From Mycobacterium sp. (lineage in GTDB: Bacteria; Actinomycetota; Actinomycetes; Mycobacteriales; Mycobacteriaceae), in the NCBI GenBank assembly GCA_032159915.1, contig JAVHWH010000062.1, positions 145 to 64,144 on the forward strand: a DNA stretch of 64,000 nucleotides, in the 5' to 3' direction. The notes beneath the pieces are model-generated. The model had not been told where the DNA came from, did no database searches, and saw nothing but the letters and a program-made list of their open reading frames with translations. This document shows, piece after piece, positions 62,228-64,000 of the stretch. Position numbers and translations under genes: made by a program. The stretch's first letter is position 1; each line of letters opens with the position of its first letter.

Positions 62228-63870
62228 CCGACCGGAAGCACGATCCGGGAGGTGCCGAGGTGCACCTCATGGGTGGACGGTGTGAGCCGGCTGCCGGTCG
62301 ATGCCGCTTCACCGTTGCCGAGGTTGCGGTCATAGCGCGGATGGCTTCCGCCGGCGATCAGCACGCGGATGCGGGTCCCGGCGCAAAATCGGTGCGAGAT
62401 CGCGTCGAGTTCGAGGCTGACTTCCCCGGTCTGATGAGCCAACCGCCGAAAGCCGTCGCTGACGTTTCGGGAGCGGCCCTTGGCGTCGACCTCGCTGATC
62501 CGGACGAACACGTCCACGTAGGGGTTGTCGGAGGTGTGCGCCAACTCCGCGACGGGGCTGCCGTGCACGATTAGATCGGCGGTGAGCGCGTCGCTGGTGA
62601 AGCTGAGCACATCGCGGCGCGCCGCCAGCGCGGTGTCGTCGCGGTAGCCGCTGTCGGGGGAGAGCAGCCGGCCCCCGATGGTGGGTGTCGGTTCGGCCGG
62701 GTCATAGCGGAAGCTCGCCGAGGATCCGGCCGCGGGCGCCGTCTCGGCCAGCCTGCCGCCCGGCTGCAGATAGAGCGGGTGCCCGGTCGTGGTCGGCGGC
62801 CAGTCGGAGGCTGCGCGCCACCCCTCGTGGCGCACGTAGTAGCGGACCCGCGTGGAGCGCGGCGGGACCGGACGCTTGGCGAGATGGCTGTCGAGCCACT
62901 GCTGGGTTTCGCGGGCGATGGTGGCCAGCCCGGCGAACAGCAGTTGGGTGTGCGTCCACGGGCCCATGGTCAGCGCGACGTCGACACCCCGTTGTCGGAG
63001 GTGCCGAAACTGATACAGCGTCTGCGGCAAAAACAGGTCCTGCCAGCCGCTGATCAGCAGCAGCGGCACCTGAAGCCGATCGAGCGCGGAGTCGACTTTC
63101 AGCGGCTCCCAAAACGGGTTGTCCTGAGCCGGGGGTGTCAGCCATGACTCCCACCACGGCGCCCCGTCGCCGAGCAGCGCGCGGCCCGACGCGCCCAGCG
63201 GTGCCTGCCCGGCCGCACGCACCACGGTCTTCTGGGCGCGCAACTGACGGATGCCGGCCAGGATCCGGCCGGAACCCTCCTGATGGACGACCAGGTTGCT
63301 CCAGCCGAGGAAGTCGTTGACGGTGAACGACCCCGTACCCCAGGCCGACAGGCCCATGTCGTGTGGGCCCGCGATGATCACGCCGGTGACCAGCTCCGGC
63401 GGCGGATCCTGCAGCAGCGCGAACTGGGTGAACCCGAGATAGGAGATCCCGATCATGGCGAAGCTACCGGTGAACCAGGGCTGTCGCCGCATCCAGCCCA
63501 CGGTGTCGGCGCCGTCGGCGGCTTCGTGAACCATCGGCGCGAAGTCTCCGCCCGATCCGAACGTCCCTCGGACGCTTTGCAGCACCACCCGGTAGCCCCG
63601 CGCGACGTGCAGATCGGCGAATACCAGCGAGAACGGAAACGCGCGGCCGTAGGGCCCGCGGACCAACAGGGTGCCGACTGTTTCGCCGGTGGGCTCGTAG
63701 ACGTCGGCGACCAGTTCGACGCCATCGCGCATCGGTATCTTCACGCTGCTGACCGTGTAGCTCGTGGTCGGCGCGGGCAGCCGCAAGGTCCGGGCCAAAG
63801 CACGCCCGAGGAGTCGTCGGGGCAGTGTGCGCAACGTCGACCCGGTGGGCCGGTTGGAGGTGGTCGTCAC
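62221..63870 (-). CDS. CocE/NonD family serine hydrolase
   Basis: PMRDGVEL, GISYLG, GWQD, GPWTH. Confidence 0.92.
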   Translation of the reverse strand: MTTTSNRPTGSTLRTLPRRLLGRALARTLRLPAPTTSYTVSSVKIPMRDGVELVADVYEPTGETVGTLLVRGPYGRAFPFSLVFADLHVARGYRVVLQSVRGTFGSGGDFAPMVHEAADGADTVGWMRRQPWFTGSFAMIGISYLGFTQFALLQDPPPELVTGVIIAGPHDMGLSAWGTGSFTVNDFLGWSNLVVHQEGSGRILAGIRQLRAQKTVVRAAGQAPLGASGRALLGDGAPWWESWLTPPAQDNPFWEPLKVDSALDRLQVPLLLISGWQDLFLPQTLYQFRHLRQRGVDVALTMGPWTHTQLLFAGLATIARETQQWLDSHLAKRPVPPRSTRVRYYVRHEGWRAASDWPPTTTGHPLYLQPGGRLAETAPAAGSSASFRYDPAEPTPTIGGRLLSPDSGYRDDTALAARRDVLSFTSDALTADLIVHGSPVAELAHTSDNPYVDVFVRISEVDAKGRSRNVSDGFRRLAHQTGEVSLELDAISHRFCAGTRIRVLIAGGSHPRYDRNLGNGEAASTGSRLTPSTHEVHLGTSRIVLPVGC

Positions 63871-63905
63871 CGCATCAGGTTATGGGCGCAACGGCGCCGG
63901 CGGGC

Positions 63906-64000
63906 CTAGAACTTGTAGTACGCCGAAAGCTCGTTGGCCCGCTGCAGATTGGTGGACGGGCAGTCCACTTCAGGGCTGGAGTAAATCGTCGAGTAGAACA
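63906..64000 (-). CDS. 3' end of a gene truncated by the window edge
   Basis: open frame ...FYSTIYSSPEVDCPSTNLQRANELSAYYKF then stop. Confidence 0.45.
   Translation of the reverse strand, partial: FYSTIYSSPEVDCPSTNLQRANELSAYYKF

Overview
High-GC chromosomal segment from a Mycobacterium; a PE/PPE-SVP pair points to a slow-growing, ESX-5-bearing lineage. The backbone follows the M. tuberculosis Rv2883c-Rv2828c region as I recall it: pyrH-frr-cdsA-rlmN, dxr-rip1-ispG, PBP, map, glnA4 cluster, nicT, mtr, mqo, cysG-efpA-proS, rimP-nusA-infB-rbfA, dinF, echA16. Between nicT and mtr lies a ~19 kb group 1h (Hhy, high-affinity) [NiFe]-hydrogenase locus with maturation genes, a Fur-family regulator and several uncharacterised genes; a PE/PPE pair lies directly downstream of nicT. 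The most interesting signal is a tandem pair of TGCRA-N5-TYGCA palindromes (Nur-box-like) found both upstream of the nickel transporter and upstream of the hydrogenase operon. This suggests a local nickel regulon that may include a PE/PPE mycomembrane nickel channel. Other points: a secreted two-repeat protein whose mature part has no K/R/C/M/W; MIRU elements forming translational-coupling mini-ORFs; a 50-aa scar where GNAT/chelatase/cobO/cobB are expected; no aldC in the glnA4 cluster; a 25-bp duplication of the rlmN 3' end; and a SigF-type disordered protein inside the hydrogenase locus. No rRNA, tRNA, CRISPR array or transposase was seen. Orthologue and DUF names come from memory and motif reading, not database searches.
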